NCBI GenBank assembly: GCA_016203535.1
Contig: JACQMO010000015.1
Coordinates: 37,295 to 101,294 of the forward strand
DNA length: 64,000 bases
DNA from: Candidatus Uhrbacteria bacterium
Lineage (GTDB): Bacteria; Patescibacteriota; Patescibacteriia; 2-12-FULL-60-25
Reading direction: 5' to 3'
The notes below the pieces were generated by a model that made no database searches, was not told where the DNA came from, and was given only the letters and a program-made list of their open reading frames with translations. Positions 25,228 through 34,130 of the stretch are shown piece after piece. Made by a program: the position numbers and the translations under genes. Every line of letters starts with the position of its first letter. Positions within the stretch are counted from its first letter, which is position 1.

Positions 25228-26427
25228 ATGGCACGTTACAAAAACGCAGCACCGACGCGGTCGACACACCGCGCCAGGAAGAACTGGGTCGTCATCGACG
25301 TCACGAAGTTTCTGACGCTCATGGCCGAAGGGCGCGTGAAAGGGACGCTTCCGCAGGACCACGACGGCCAATGTCTGTTCAAGCTCGAATATCAGGTGCG
25401 CGTCGCAACGGCGTTCGGGGCATACACCGAACGTCAGGCGCGGCTCTACGCGTCGAACGGCGGCAACTGGTCGAGCGTCGAGATGCTCAAGAAGGCAGGT
25501 CAGCGGTTTTCGTACAAGTACTTCGAAGGAACCCGATACGCCGCGGTCGAGCTGCGCGTCCTGATGTTTCTCCGGGAGCAGCCGCGCATCTCGTGGGATA
25601 TCGCGGCCATGCGACGGGAGATGTATGCCCGATACGGCGACGCGATCCTGGAGTCGCTCTGCACGTCGTTTTTTCCGCCGACGCGGACGCTCGCGGAGTG
25701 CAAAGCCGAAGCGGCGCGTGATCAGGCGGAATTGGATCGCACCGCAGGGAAGAAGCCGAGGCCGCCGATCCCGACGAAGCCGCCGAAGCGGCGCGCGTAC
25801 CGGATCGTGGATCTGGAAGAGTTCCGGAACCGTCGGGCGGACGCGTTGCACGCGGCCGAGGATAACGGGACGGATCCCATGTCCGTCCATGAGGGACTTC
25901 TCCTCAAACGCGCGACCATGACGGCGGTGATCCCGTCGTCCTCGTGGCAACGCGCGGTGGACAGGTTTCGGTTCCGCGTCACGGCGGACCGCTGCCATCT
26001 TCCGTTCGGGCGGTTCATCGCCATCTCGGAGTTCGAGTGGTCGAAAGCCGTCGAGCTTCGTGAGTTGCCGGCGCTTCTGACGCGGGACGCGATCCGGAAG
26101 TCTCTCGTTGCGCCACCGCGCGCGGCGAAGGTTCCCGCGGTTCCGCTTCCGTGGCTTCGCCTCTGGGAAGCGGGCTGTGACGATGGGCAGTACGGTCTTC
26201 CGTACTACACGTTGAAACAACTCTTACAGTTCCCGTTGAAGCGAGGCAAACGACAGACGCCGCTCATCGCGCTCACGCCCGCGATGCGCGCGTGGCGACC
26301 GCAGCGCCGTCGCACGAAGCGCGCGAAGCAAGAACAATTCGCGTTTCCGGAGGGCGGGATTCGCCCCCGGCCGCTCCGGTGCGTGGACCGCCGCCGTCCG
26401 AACCAGTACCTGCTCTTTCCGTCGTAA
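25228..26427 (+). CDS. Hypothetical basic protein (399 aa)
   Basis: It has a promoter and an RBS, and its composition is more protein-like than the equally long Arg-rich ORF on the opposite strand. I recognise no family. Confidence 0.55.
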   Translation: MARYKNAAPTRSTHRARKNWVVIDVTKFLTLMAEGRVKGTLPQDHDGQCLFKLEYQVRVATAFGAYTERQARLYASNGGNWSSVEMLKKAGQRFSYKYFEGTRYAAVELRVLMFLREQPRISWDIAAMRREMYARYGDAILESLCTSFFPPTRTLAECKAEAARDQAELDRTAGKKPRPPIPTKPPKRRAYRIVDLEEFRNRRADALHAAEDNGTDPMSVHEGLLLKRATMTAVIPSSSWQRAVDRFRFRVTADRCHLPFGRFIAISEFEWSKAVELRELPALLTRDAIRKSLVAPPRAAKVPAVPLPWLRLWEAGCDDGQYGLPYYTLKQLLQFPLKRGKRQTPLIALTPAMRAWRPQRRRTKRAKQEQFAFPEGGIRPRPLRCVDRRRPNQYLLFPS

Positions 26428-26498
26428 TCACCCCGCATCGCGTCCATGGACGTGGTGCGGGTTTTTCATTTCCGTTCGTTTCACGTAATCTACGCCGC

Positions 26499-27908
26499 AT
26501 GGAATTGAAACAACTCAAACGTGTCCACCTGATCGGCGTCGGCGGGATCAACATGAGCGCCGTCGCCAAGCTTCTTCTCGCAAACGGCGTGAAGGTGTCC
26601 GGCTCCGATGTCGCCGAGAACGAACAGACGACGCGGCTCGCGGAACGCGGGGCGATCATCAAGATCGGCGAGGCGGCGGAACATATTCCGGAGGGTTGCG
26701 AGCTCGTCATTACCACGTCCGCCGCGCCGATCACGAACAAGGAGCGGATGGCCGCGGCCGAGCGGAAGATCCCGGAACTGACGAATTTCGCGTTTTTGGG
26801 CCGGTGGTTTTCCGATGCCCAAACCGTCGTTATCGCCGGAACACACGGGAAAAGCAGGACGACCGCCATGCTGGGATTGATGCTTGAAAAAGCGGGGAAG
26901 GACCCGACCGTGATTGTCGGAAGCAAAGTCCCGTCGTTTCCGGACGGGAATCTTCGGCTCGGACGATCGGATCTGTTCGTGGTCGAAGGGGACGAATACG
27001 CCAAACATTTTTTGGAATTTCGTCCGCACGCGGTCATTCTGAACAACCTCGAGCTCGATCACACGGACACCTTTCCGACGATCAACGCGATGTTGGAGGC
27101 ATTTCATGAGCTCGTCGGACAGGTGAAGGACGGCGGGATCGTCGTCGTCAACACGGCGGACGAACGGCTTGCGCGGCTCATCGAGACGGAACGGGAATCG
27201 CTTGTCGCGCGCGGCATCACCGTCATCCCGTTCGGGGCCGGGGAGCATGCGTGGAAGGTCGAGAGCGCGCAACAGGAAGCGGCAAGACCGGTCACCATGA
27301 CGCGCGGCAGTGAAACGATGACGTTCACCATTTCGGTCCCCGGCGCGTTCAATGCGATGAATGCGGCCGGCGCCGCGCTCATGGCGCAATCGCTCGGGGC
27401 AACGCACGAGGACATCGCGGCGGCGTTATCCGGATTTTCCGGGATTTGGCGCCGGTTCGAATATCTCGCGACCACCCGTGGCGCTCCGGTCTATTCCGAT
27501 TACGGACATCATCCGACCGCCGTGGCCGCGACGCTCCGGGCCGCGCAGGAAACGTTCCCGAACGACCGCATCGTGCTGTGTTTCCAACCGCACCACCGCA
27601 ATCGGACGCGGGCGTTATTTCTTGATTTCGTCACGTCGTTCGACCTCGCGGAAGCGCTCATCCTCTGCGAGATCTACGAGGTGAGCGGCCGCGACGAGGA
27701 TGCGGACAAGCATATTTCGTCGCGCGACTTGGTGGATGCGGTCATGCGGCACGACGCTGACCGCGGCGTGAAACGTCCGCTCGAATACGCGCCGGATCCC
27801 GCTGCGGCGGTCCGTCGGACGCTGGAACTCGTCGAGTCCACGGACGTTGTGATTTTCATGGGAGCGGGGGATATTGATGGCGAGGTGAGGAAGGTTGTGA
27901 AGCCGTGA
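26499..27908 (+). CDS. murC: UDP-N-acetylmuramate--L-alanine ligase
   Basis: VHLIGVGGINMSAVAKLL, AGTHGKSRTTAM and the Mur ligase central and C-terminal domains. Confidence 0.92.
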   Translation: MELKQLKRVHLIGVGGINMSAVAKLLLANGVKVSGSDVAENEQTTRLAERGAIIKIGEAAEHIPEGCELVITTSAAPITNKERMAAAERKIPELTNFAFLGRWFSDAQTVVIAGTHGKSRTTAMLGLMLEKAGKDPTVIVGSKVPSFPDGNLRLGRSDLFVVEGDEYAKHFLEFRPHAVILNNLELDHTDTFPTINAMLEAFHELVGQVKDGGIVVVNTADERLARLIETERESLVARGITVIPFGAGEHAWKVESAQQEAARPVTMTRGSETMTFTISVPGAFNAMNAAGAALMAQSLGATHEDIAAALSGFSGIWRRFEYLATTRGAPVYSDYGHHPTAVAATLRAAQETFPNDRIVLCFQPHHRNRTRALFLDFVTSFDLAEALILCEIYEVSGRDEDADKHISSRDLVDAVMRHDADRGVKRPLEYAPDPAAAVRRTLELVESTDVVIFMGAGDIDGEVRKVVKP

Positions 27909-27930
27909 GCCGTGTACCGTGAACCGTATG
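27903..27930 (+). repeat. Tandem heptamer array CCGTGAG|CCGTGTA|CCGTGAA|CCGTATG
   Basis: Read directly. The first unit contains the murC TGA stop and the last unit contains the murB ATG. Confidence 0.85.
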
Positions 27931-28911
27931 AATAAATTGTCTGAAGAAGCCATTACGTCATTTCTTCAAATAGTTCCAACGGCGAAGCGCGACGAGCTAA
28001 TGTCGAATCACACGTCCGTGAAGATCGGCGGGCCGGCGCGTTTGTATGTCGTCGCGCCGTCCAACGCGGAATTGTTACGGATCATCGGGGAAGCCGCGCG
28101 GCTGAACATTCCGTTCGTCGTCTTCGGCGGCGGATCGAATCTGCTTGTCGCCGATGATGGATACGAAGGTGTCGTGATCCAGGCGGCCGACCGTTCGATG
28201 CGCATCGAGGGGGAACGCGTCATCGCCGCGTCAGGCGCGCCGACAGGCGTCGTCGCTCGCGCCGCAGCCGAAGCCGGTCTTGAAGGGTTCGAATGGGGGA
28301 TCGGCGTGCCGGGAACGATCGGCGGCGCCACCTATGGCAACGCGGGATGTTTCGGCGGTGAGATGAAGGACGTCGTCTCCGCCGTGGAGACGTATGACCC
28401 GGCTCACGGTTCACGGCGAACGTTTTCGAATGCCGACTGTCGTTTCGGGTATCGAGACAGTCGGTTCAAACATGATCCGTACATCCTTCTTGAGACAACG
28501 CTCCTGTTGCGTCCCGGCAATCGCGAAACGGCCCTGACGCGGATGACGGAGGTGATGGAAAAGCGGAAGGCGTCACAGCCGCAAGGAAGTTTTAGCGCGG
28601 GTTGTCTGTTTAAGAATTATGAATTTCAGGACGGTTCCGCGCTCGACATCCTGAAGCGGCATGGAGACGGGATTCCCGAAACGTTTTTGACCCAAAAACG
28701 GATCCCGGCCGGTTGGCTGATCGACCGTCTCGGACTGAAAGGGACGAGTATCGGACAGGCGCAGATCAGTCCGGTGCACGGAAATTTTTTCGTGAACCGC
28801 GGCGGCGCGAGGGCGCAGGACGTCCTCGCGCTTTCGTCGTTCGTGAAAATGAAGGTCCGCGACGAGCTTGGCATTCTGCTGGAGGATGAAGTACAGCTAA
28901 TAGGCTGGTAG
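27928..28911 (+). CDS. murB: UDP-N-acetylenolpyruvoylglucosamine reductase
   Basis: FAD-binding PCMH domain (GGPARLYV..VVFGGGSNLLV) and C-terminal GSFSAGCLFKN / SPVHGNFFVN. A GTG at 27919 is an alternative start. Confidence 0.9.
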   Translation: MNKLSEEAITSFLQIVPTAKRDELMSNHTSVKIGGPARLYVVAPSNAELLRIIGEAARLNIPFVVFGGGSNLLVADDGYEGVVIQAADRSMRIEGERVIAASGAPTGVVARAAAEAGLEGFEWGIGVPGTIGGATYGNAGCFGGEMKDVVSAVETYDPAHGSRRTFSNADCRFGYRDSRFKHDPYILLETTLLLRPGNRETALTRMTEVMEKRKASQPQGSFSAGCLFKNYEFQDGSALDILKRHGDGIPETFLTQKRIPAGWLIDRLGLKGTSIGQAQISPVHGNFFVNRGGARAQDVLALSSFVKMKVRDELGILLEDEVQLIGW

Positions 28912-28930
28912 GCCGTAGGCAAGTAGCCAG
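28901..28930 (+). repeat. Tandem 7-8-nt array TAGGCTGG|TAGGCCG|TAGGCAAG|TAGCCAG
   Basis: Read directly; it includes the murB TAG stop at 28909-28911. Confidence 0.8.
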
Positions 28931-28963
28931 AAAAAAACGATCTCGGTATAGTAGATCCATCCT

Positions 28964-29269
28964 ATGACGATCAACATCCGTGCGACGGGGATGGAGCTTA
29001 CGCCCGCCCTCCGGCAATACATTGAGGAGAAGTTTTCTACATTGGAGAAGTACGCGACAAAAATCATGCAAATCGATGTGCATGTGGGGCTCGAGACGAA
29101 CCACCACCTGAAGGGCGACATTTATACCTGTTCGGCGAACGTGGACCTTCCGGGGGATCTGCTCAAAGTCGAACGGACGGCGGAAGACCAGTACAAAGCG
29201 ATCGACAAAGTGAAAGACCATTTGCGCGAGACGCTCGCGCAGCGCAAAGAGAGGGAGCAGGGGAGATAA
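28964..29269 (+). CDS. hpf: Ribosome hibernation promoting factor (short HPF/RaiA, S30AE family)
   Basis: MTINIRATGMELTPALRQYIEEKF...; 101 aa, located immediately upstream of secA. Confidence 0.9.
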   Translation: MTINIRATGMELTPALRQYIEEKFSTLEKYATKIMQIDVHVGLETNHHLKGDIYTCSANVDLPGDLLKVERTAEDQYKAIDKVKDHLRETLAQRKEREQGR

Positions 29270-29443
29270 CGAGAGAGGATCGTGGATGGTGGGACGGGTC
29301 CTGCCACGACGAACGCCCTTCATCACGCTGGCTCGCGTGATTCAGGACGTCCGCCGTGTCACCCGTCCTTTTATCTCCCTTTAAAGGAAAAGGAGTACGG
29401 GTTGATTAATTGGGGGTTTGCGCGTACGATTGGGCGCACAACT

Positions 29444-32167
29444 ATGAGTCTTATCGGGAAATTATTCGGCGATCCCAACGTCAAGGAAATCAAGAAAATC
29501 GAGCCGATTGTCGCCAAAATCAACTCTCTGGAACCATCGATCCAGACGCTGTCTCCGGACGGGCTTCGCGCAAAGACCGGGGAGTTCAAAGAGCGCCTGT
29601 CGCGCGACGAAACGCTGGATGATCTGCTTCCGGAGGCGTTCGCCGTGGCGCGCGAGGCCTCGCGACGCGCGCTTGGCCAGAGGCAATACGATGTCCAGCT
29701 CATCGGCGGCATTGCGTTGCACCGCGGATGGATCGCGGAAATGCGCACCGGAGAAGGGAAGACGCTCACGGCCGTCGCGCCGCTGTATCTGAACGCGCTC
29801 GAGGGGAAGGGCGCGCATCTGGTGACGGTGAACGATTACCTCGCGCGCCGCGACACCGTATGGATGGGGCAGGTATTCCATGCGCTTGGTCTCACGGTCG
29901 GATGCATCCAGCACGAAGGCGGATTCATCTACGACCCGTCGTTCAAGAGCGAACCGAAGCATGACGAGATCCGCGACGAAACGGGCGCGTTCCGGGTGGA
30001 CATGGACTACCTCCGTCCGGTGAGCCGCAACGAGGCGTATGGCGCGGACATCACGTACGGCACGAACAATGAATTCGGGTTCGATTACCTCCGCGACAAC
30101 ATGGTGCCGCGCCCGGAGAGCATGGTGCAGCGCGAACTCCATTTCGCGATCGTTGACGAAGTGGACTCGATCCTGATTGACGAAGCGCGGACGCCGCTCA
30201 TCATCTCCGCCCCGGCCGAAGAGCCGGCGCAGCTCTATTATCGGTTCGCCGAGCTTGTTCCGAAACTCGAGGAAACCACGGACTACGTCGTGGACGAGAA
30301 ACTGCGCGCCGCGACCCTCACGGAATCCGGCATCTCGAAAATTGAACAGTGGCTCGGCGTGGAAAACCTGTACGTGCAGGGCGGGATGAAAACGGTCCAT
30401 CATCTGGAACAGGCGCTCCGCGCGCACACGCTTTTCAAGCTCGACCGCGATTATGTCGTGAAGGACGGCGAGGTGATCATCGTGGACGAATTCACCGGCC
30501 GGCTCATGGTCGGACGCCGCTACTCCGAGGGGCTCCACCAGGCGATCGAGGCGAAGGAACGCGTTCCCATCCAGCGCGAATCCGTGACGATGGCGACGAT
30601 CACGTTCCAGAATTATTTCCGTCTGTATACGAAACTTGCCGGCATGACGGGAACGGCGGCGACCGAGGCCGAGGAGTTCCACAAGATTTACAAGCTCGAA
30701 GTGCTGTCCATCCCCACGAACAAGTCGTCACAACGACACGACATGCCGGACCGCGTGTACAAAAACGAGATCGGGAAGTTCAAGGCCGCGGCGCGAGAGA
30801 TCAAGGCGCTGCACGCGAAGGGCCAGCCAGTGCTGGTCGGCACCGTCTCCATCGAGAAGAACGAGGTGCTGGCCGAATTGCTCCGGCAGGAAGGGATCCC
30901 GTTCAACCTGCTCAACGCGAAAAACCACGAGAAAGAAGGGGAATTTATCGCGCAGGCCGGACGCAAGGGCGCGGTGACCGTCGCGACGAACATGGCCGGC
31001 CGGGGCGTTGACATCATCTTGGGAGGAAACCCGCCGGATCCGAAGGAAGCGGAAGAAGTGCGCGCGCTGGGCGGTCTTCACGTCCTCGGCACCGAACGCC
31101 ACGAGAGCCGCCGCATCGACAATCAGCTGCGCGGACGTTCCGGACGGCAGGGCGATCCGGGTTCGACGCAATTTTACGTGTCCATGGACGACGATCTCAT
31201 GCGGATTTTCGGATCGGAAAAGATGAAAGCGCGCATGGAGTTTTTGCGCGTCCCGGACGACGAGCCGATCGAAAACAGCATTCTCTCCCGCGCGATCGAG
31301 TCCGCCCAGCATAAGGTGGAAGGACACAATTTCGACATCCGGAAGCACCTGCTCGAATATGATGACGTTCTGAACAAGCACCGCAGCGTAATTTACAAAC
31401 GACGGCGGGATATTCTGGAGCTCGCGATGACGCCCACGGAGGAAGGGGAGCGGCCGCTCAAAAAAATGGTGCTTGAGGCGGTGGAACGCGAGATCGAGCA
31501 GACGGTCGTGTTCCACACCGCGGCGGAAGATGCGTCCGCGTGGGAAATCGACGAGATCACGAAGACTTGGCGCGCGATGTTCCCGAATGCGGCGGAGATC
31601 GAGACGCACATCACCCACGTGCGCATGACGCTGGACGGGAAAGAGGACGTCGCCGCGGTCCGCACCACGCTCGTCGAACGCGGATGTGCGCTCGCGCGCG
31701 AGGCCTACGCGGAGATCGAACGGAGCGTCGGCGATTCGTCGCTTATGGCGGAGATTGAAAAGGCGCTTCTGCTTCGCGCGACCGACGATCTCTGGATCGA
31801 ACATCTCGACGCCATCGACCACTTGCGCAAGGCGATCGGGCTCCAGGGATATGGCCAGCGCGATCCACTCGTCGAGTACAAGCGCGAGGCGTACCGGTTG
31901 TTTCATGAATTACTGGCGCTCATTGACAAGCAGGTGGCGCACGGAATTTTCAAGGTGCAGATCGCACGTCAGGTCGCCGAAGAGGAATTGCAGCGCGGCG
32001 CCGCGAATAAGATGCTCCAATTCCAAGGCCCGGCGAAAACGATGGAAGTAGCGGCAGCGCGACAGGAACAGGCGACATCCGGTGATCCGCGATTCAAAAA
32101 TATCGGCCGAAACGACCCCTGTCCGTGCGGCTCGGGAAAGAAATACAAGAAATGCCACGGGGCATAA
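29444..32167 (+). CDS. secA: Preprotein translocase ATPase SecA
   Basis: N-terminus [10 protein letters not shown], Walker [27 protein letters not shown], and the C-terminal SEC-C zinc motif [15 protein letters not shown]. Confidence 0.95.
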   Translation: MSLIGKLFGDPNVKEIKKIEPIVAKINSLEPSIQTLSPDGLRAKTGEFKERLSRDETLDDLLPEAFAVAREASRRALGQRQYDVQLIGGIALHRGWIAEMRTGEGKTLTAVAPLYLNALEGKGAHLVTVNDYLARRDTVWMGQVFHALGLTVGCIQHEGGFIYDPSFKSEPKHDEIRDETGAFRVDMDYLRPVSRNEAYGADITYGTNNEFGFDYLRDNMVPRPESMVQRELHFAIVDEVDSILIDEARTPLIISAPAEEPAQLYYRFAELVPKLEETTDYVVDEKLRAATLTESGISKIEQWLGVENLYVQGGMKTVHHLEQALRAHTLFKLDRDYVVKDGEVIIVDEFTGRLMVGRRYSEGLHQAIEAKERVPIQRESVTMATITFQNYFRLYTKLAGMTGTAATEAEEFHKIYKLEVLSIPTNKSSQRHDMPDRVYKNEIGKFKAAAREIKALHAKGQPVLVGTVSIEKNEVLAELLRQEGIPFNLLNAKNHEKEGEFIAQAGRKGAVTVATNMAGRGVDIILGGNPPDPKEAEEVRALGGLHVLGTERHESRRIDNQLRGRSGRQGDPGSTQFYVSMDDDLMRIFGSEKMKARMEFLRVPDDEPIENSILSRAIESAQHKVEGHNFDIRKHLLEYDDVLNKHRSVIYKRRRDILELAMTPTEEGERPLKKMVLEAVEREIEQTVVFHTAAEDASAWEIDEITKTWRAMFPNAAEIETHITHVRMTLDGKEDVAAVRTTLVERGCALAREAYAEIERSVGDSSLMAEIEKALLLRATDDLWIEHLDAIDHLRKAIGLQGYGQRDPLVEYKREAYRLFHELLALIDKQVAHGIFKVQIARQVAEEELQRGAANKMLQFQGPAKTMEVAAARQEQATSGDPRFKNIGRNDPCPCGSGKKYKKCHGA

Positions 32168-32179
32168 TCCATACAATCT

Positions 32180-32533
32180 ATGATTGAGAGACTCGGTTTT
32201 GAGAAATCGCTTGAAAATCATCGACTGTTCAATGAGATGATGGAGAGAGACCCTCTTCTGATTCCTGATCATGTGCGTTCGCAGATAGAAGCATTCAAGA
32301 AAGAGATGAATGATCCATCGTTATCATTTGAGCGATGGCAGGAGTTACTGGAGCAATCGCGCGCTAGAAATCAACGCGCGCAAGAGGCGAATGCTTCGGA
32401 AGACGATCAGTATTATCGACTGTATTTTTTACGTGAACTCGGATCGAAATCTGAAATACGAGAACTTGAAGAAACCTTAGCCAATTGTTATTGCGGGAGC
32501 GGGAAGAAATATAAGAAATGCCACGGGGCATAG
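32180..32533 (+). CDS. Small SEC-C metal-binding-domain protein
   Basis: 117 aa ending [15 protein letters not shown], so the last 13 residues are identical to the SecA tail. 20 nt (32513-32532) are identical to secA 32147-32166. Confidence 0.75.
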   Translation: MIERLGFEKSLENHRLFNEMMERDPLLIPDHVRSQIEAFKKEMNDPSLSFERWQELLEQSRARNQRAQEANASEDDQYYRLYFLRELGSKSEIRELEETLANCYCGSGKKYKKCHGA

Positions 32534-32538
32534 GAGTC

Positions 32539-32790
32539 ATGGCATCCTTCGAAAGTATGAATAAAGTTTTTATTGTTCTTGGCATGATATGTCTTCTAGC
32601 TCTCGCTTGGGCGCCGTGGATGAATAATCGCTCGGTGCATGCTTTAGTTCTCGACACCTACGGTTCAAAGGACAACGCTATTCAAGAAGGTAAAACGATT
32701 TGCGACTATGCCGTGCTGTGGGCGCCTTTTGGACGCTGGGTCGCAAGCTGTGAAGGTGGTTACTTCGTTCCGTTCTGGGAAAAAATTTGA
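32539..32790 (+). CDS. Small hypothetical membrane-anchored protein (83 aa)
   Basis: AGGAG RBS and an N-terminal TM (VFIVLGMICLLALAWAPW). Confidence 0.5.
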   Translation: MASFESMNKVFIVLGMICLLALAWAPWMNNRSVHALVLDTYGSKDNAIQEGKTICDYAVLWAPFGRWVASCEGGYFVPFWEKI

Positions 32791-32798
32791 GAAATAGC

Positions 32799-33029
32799 AT
32801 GGATTATAACCTGCCAAAACCCGGCGAGTACGAGCACTACAAGGGCAAGAGGTATCGTGTGCTAGGTGTTGCCAAGCATAGCGAAACCTTTGAGGAACTC
32901 GTCGTGTATCAGAAGCTCTACGATGATTTTGACTGGCGCGTCCGTCCGCTGGGGATGTTCATCGAGGAAGTTGAGCTAGATGGGAAACGCGTGCCAAGAT
33001 TTCGGTATGTCGGATCGTCATCAGCGTGA
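32799..33029 (+). CDS. DUF1653-like protein
   Basis: The pattern YEHYKGKRYRVLGVAKHSETFEELVVYQKLYDD..WRVRPLGMF matches my recollection of DUF1653. Confidence 0.65.
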   Translation: MDYNLPKPGEYEHYKGKRYRVLGVAKHSETFEELVVYQKLYDDFDWRVRPLGMFIEEVELDGKRVPRFRYVGSSSA

Positions 33030-33074
33030 ACTTTTGATCCCGGTTCTTCAAACGTGATTACATATCTCCATCCT

Positions 33075-33419
33075 ATGAAACTAATAGAAGCTTCTGTCAC
33101 GCGTGAAGAACTGCGGACGATCGCGAAAAACCAATTCGGCGATTTCGTGAAAGCCGTCGTTGACCTCGAACAAAAGGTCATGGCCATCGGTGCCGAGCTG
33201 CATGCGGACGAAGAGGCATATTTGCTGGAACGCGGCTCCGAGCAACGGAATCTTTGGGGGGTTAACCTTTTTCCCGACCGTTCGGATGATTCCTTCGTCG
33301 AGTTTGATTCGATGATCAATATCCGTCCGAGTCAAGGCAATCGTTCGCGTGGCGTTGAAGATTCCGGGCTCCGAGAGCGCATACGTTCCATCATCGATGG
33401 ACTCGTCTCGCGTGATTGA
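33075..33419 (+). CDS. Conserved hypothetical protein (DUF5674-like)
   Basis: VKAVVDLEQKVMAIGAELHADEE...FDSMINIRPSQGNRSRGVED. The family assignment is from memory and tentative. Confidence 0.55.
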   Translation: MKLIEASVTREELRTIAKNQFGDFVKAVVDLEQKVMAIGAELHADEEAYLLERGSEQRNLWGVNLFPDRSDDSFVEFDSMINIRPSQGNRSRGVEDSGLRERIRSIIDGLVSRD

Positions 33420-33420
33420 T

Positions 33421-33753
33421 ATGACGGTAATTCACCAGGAGCTAGCGACGGGTCGCTGGCATGAACTCACGCTTGCCGAGCAGCTTGGGAACATTGGGAG
33501 CGAAGTCGGACGAACGAAAAACTGGAGGGGAAAAGACGACGCGCGTTTTCAAGGAGCATTTGACCGAGCGCTGGAGTTGTTTGATCTGACGCTTGCGGAC
33601 AAGAGATGGAAGGGATTGAGGCGACGAGAGATCGCGCGGGCGCGGGAAGTTTTTTGCGATGCCGCGACCGACGGCGGGATGTATACCGTTACTCTAAACG
33701 CTCTGGAGCGATATTTTTTCGATTTCGCATTGGCGTCGCGACATCATCTATGA
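33421..33753 (+). CDS. Hypothetical helical protein (110 aa)
   Basis: It starts 2 nt after the upstream stop and overlaps the next gene by ATGA. It is predicted to be all-helical. Confidence 0.55.
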   Translation: MTVIHQELATGRWHELTLAEQLGNIGSEVGRTKNWRGKDDARFQGAFDRALELFDLTLADKRWKGLRRREIARAREVFCDAATDGGMYTVTLNALERYFFDFALASRHHL

Positions 33754-34052
33754 AATACAACAAACTGATCCGCGATAAGATTCCGGATGTCATCCGCGAG
33801 AAGGGCGGGATGCCGGTGACGCATGTCGCGGGCGACGACGAGTATTGGGAGAAACTAAAAGAGAAATTACGCGAAGAGGTCGGGGAATTAATCGCCGATG
33901 AGAAGATGGATGAGATCGCGGATATCTTGGAAGTGCTCGAAGCGATCGAGGCGTATAAAGGATTCGACCGGGATGAAATCAACCGCATCAAAGCGAAAAA
34001 AGCGGAAGAACGCGGGGCATTCAAGCAACGGATCATCCTGGATGAATCCTAG
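33750..34052 (+). CDS. MazG/PRA-PH-like nucleoside-triphosphate pyrophosphohydrolase (small all-alpha)
   Basis: MKYNKLIRDKIPDVI...LREEVGELIA...EIADILEVLEAI resembles the house-cleaning NTP-PPase family. Confidence 0.7.
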   Translation: MKYNKLIRDKIPDVIREKGGMPVTHVAGDDEYWEKLKEKLREEVGELIADEKMDEIADILEVLEAIEAYKGFDRDEINRIKAKKAEERGAFKQRIILDES

Positions 34053-34130
34053 CCGAGCACTTGCGGCAGTCGGGTGATTTCGATAGACTTCCCGCGATCT
34101 ATGTCAAAACCGTCATTCGGGAGGGCCGGG

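Noticed and set aside
25135-26220. N-terminal 362-aa extension of the glyA ORF (810-aa track entry)
   Set aside because: SHMT homology begins at the Met at 25134. The extension is Arg/Pro-rich. A promoter and a more plausible gene occupy the opposite strand.
29389-29443. Alternative secA start at TTG 29401, preceded by a well-spaced AAGGAG
   Set aside because: The conserved SecA N-terminus (M..L..KLFGD) aligns with ATG 29444. The upstream codons add a non-conserved 14-aa extension. This remains uncertain because ATG 29444 has no SD of its own.
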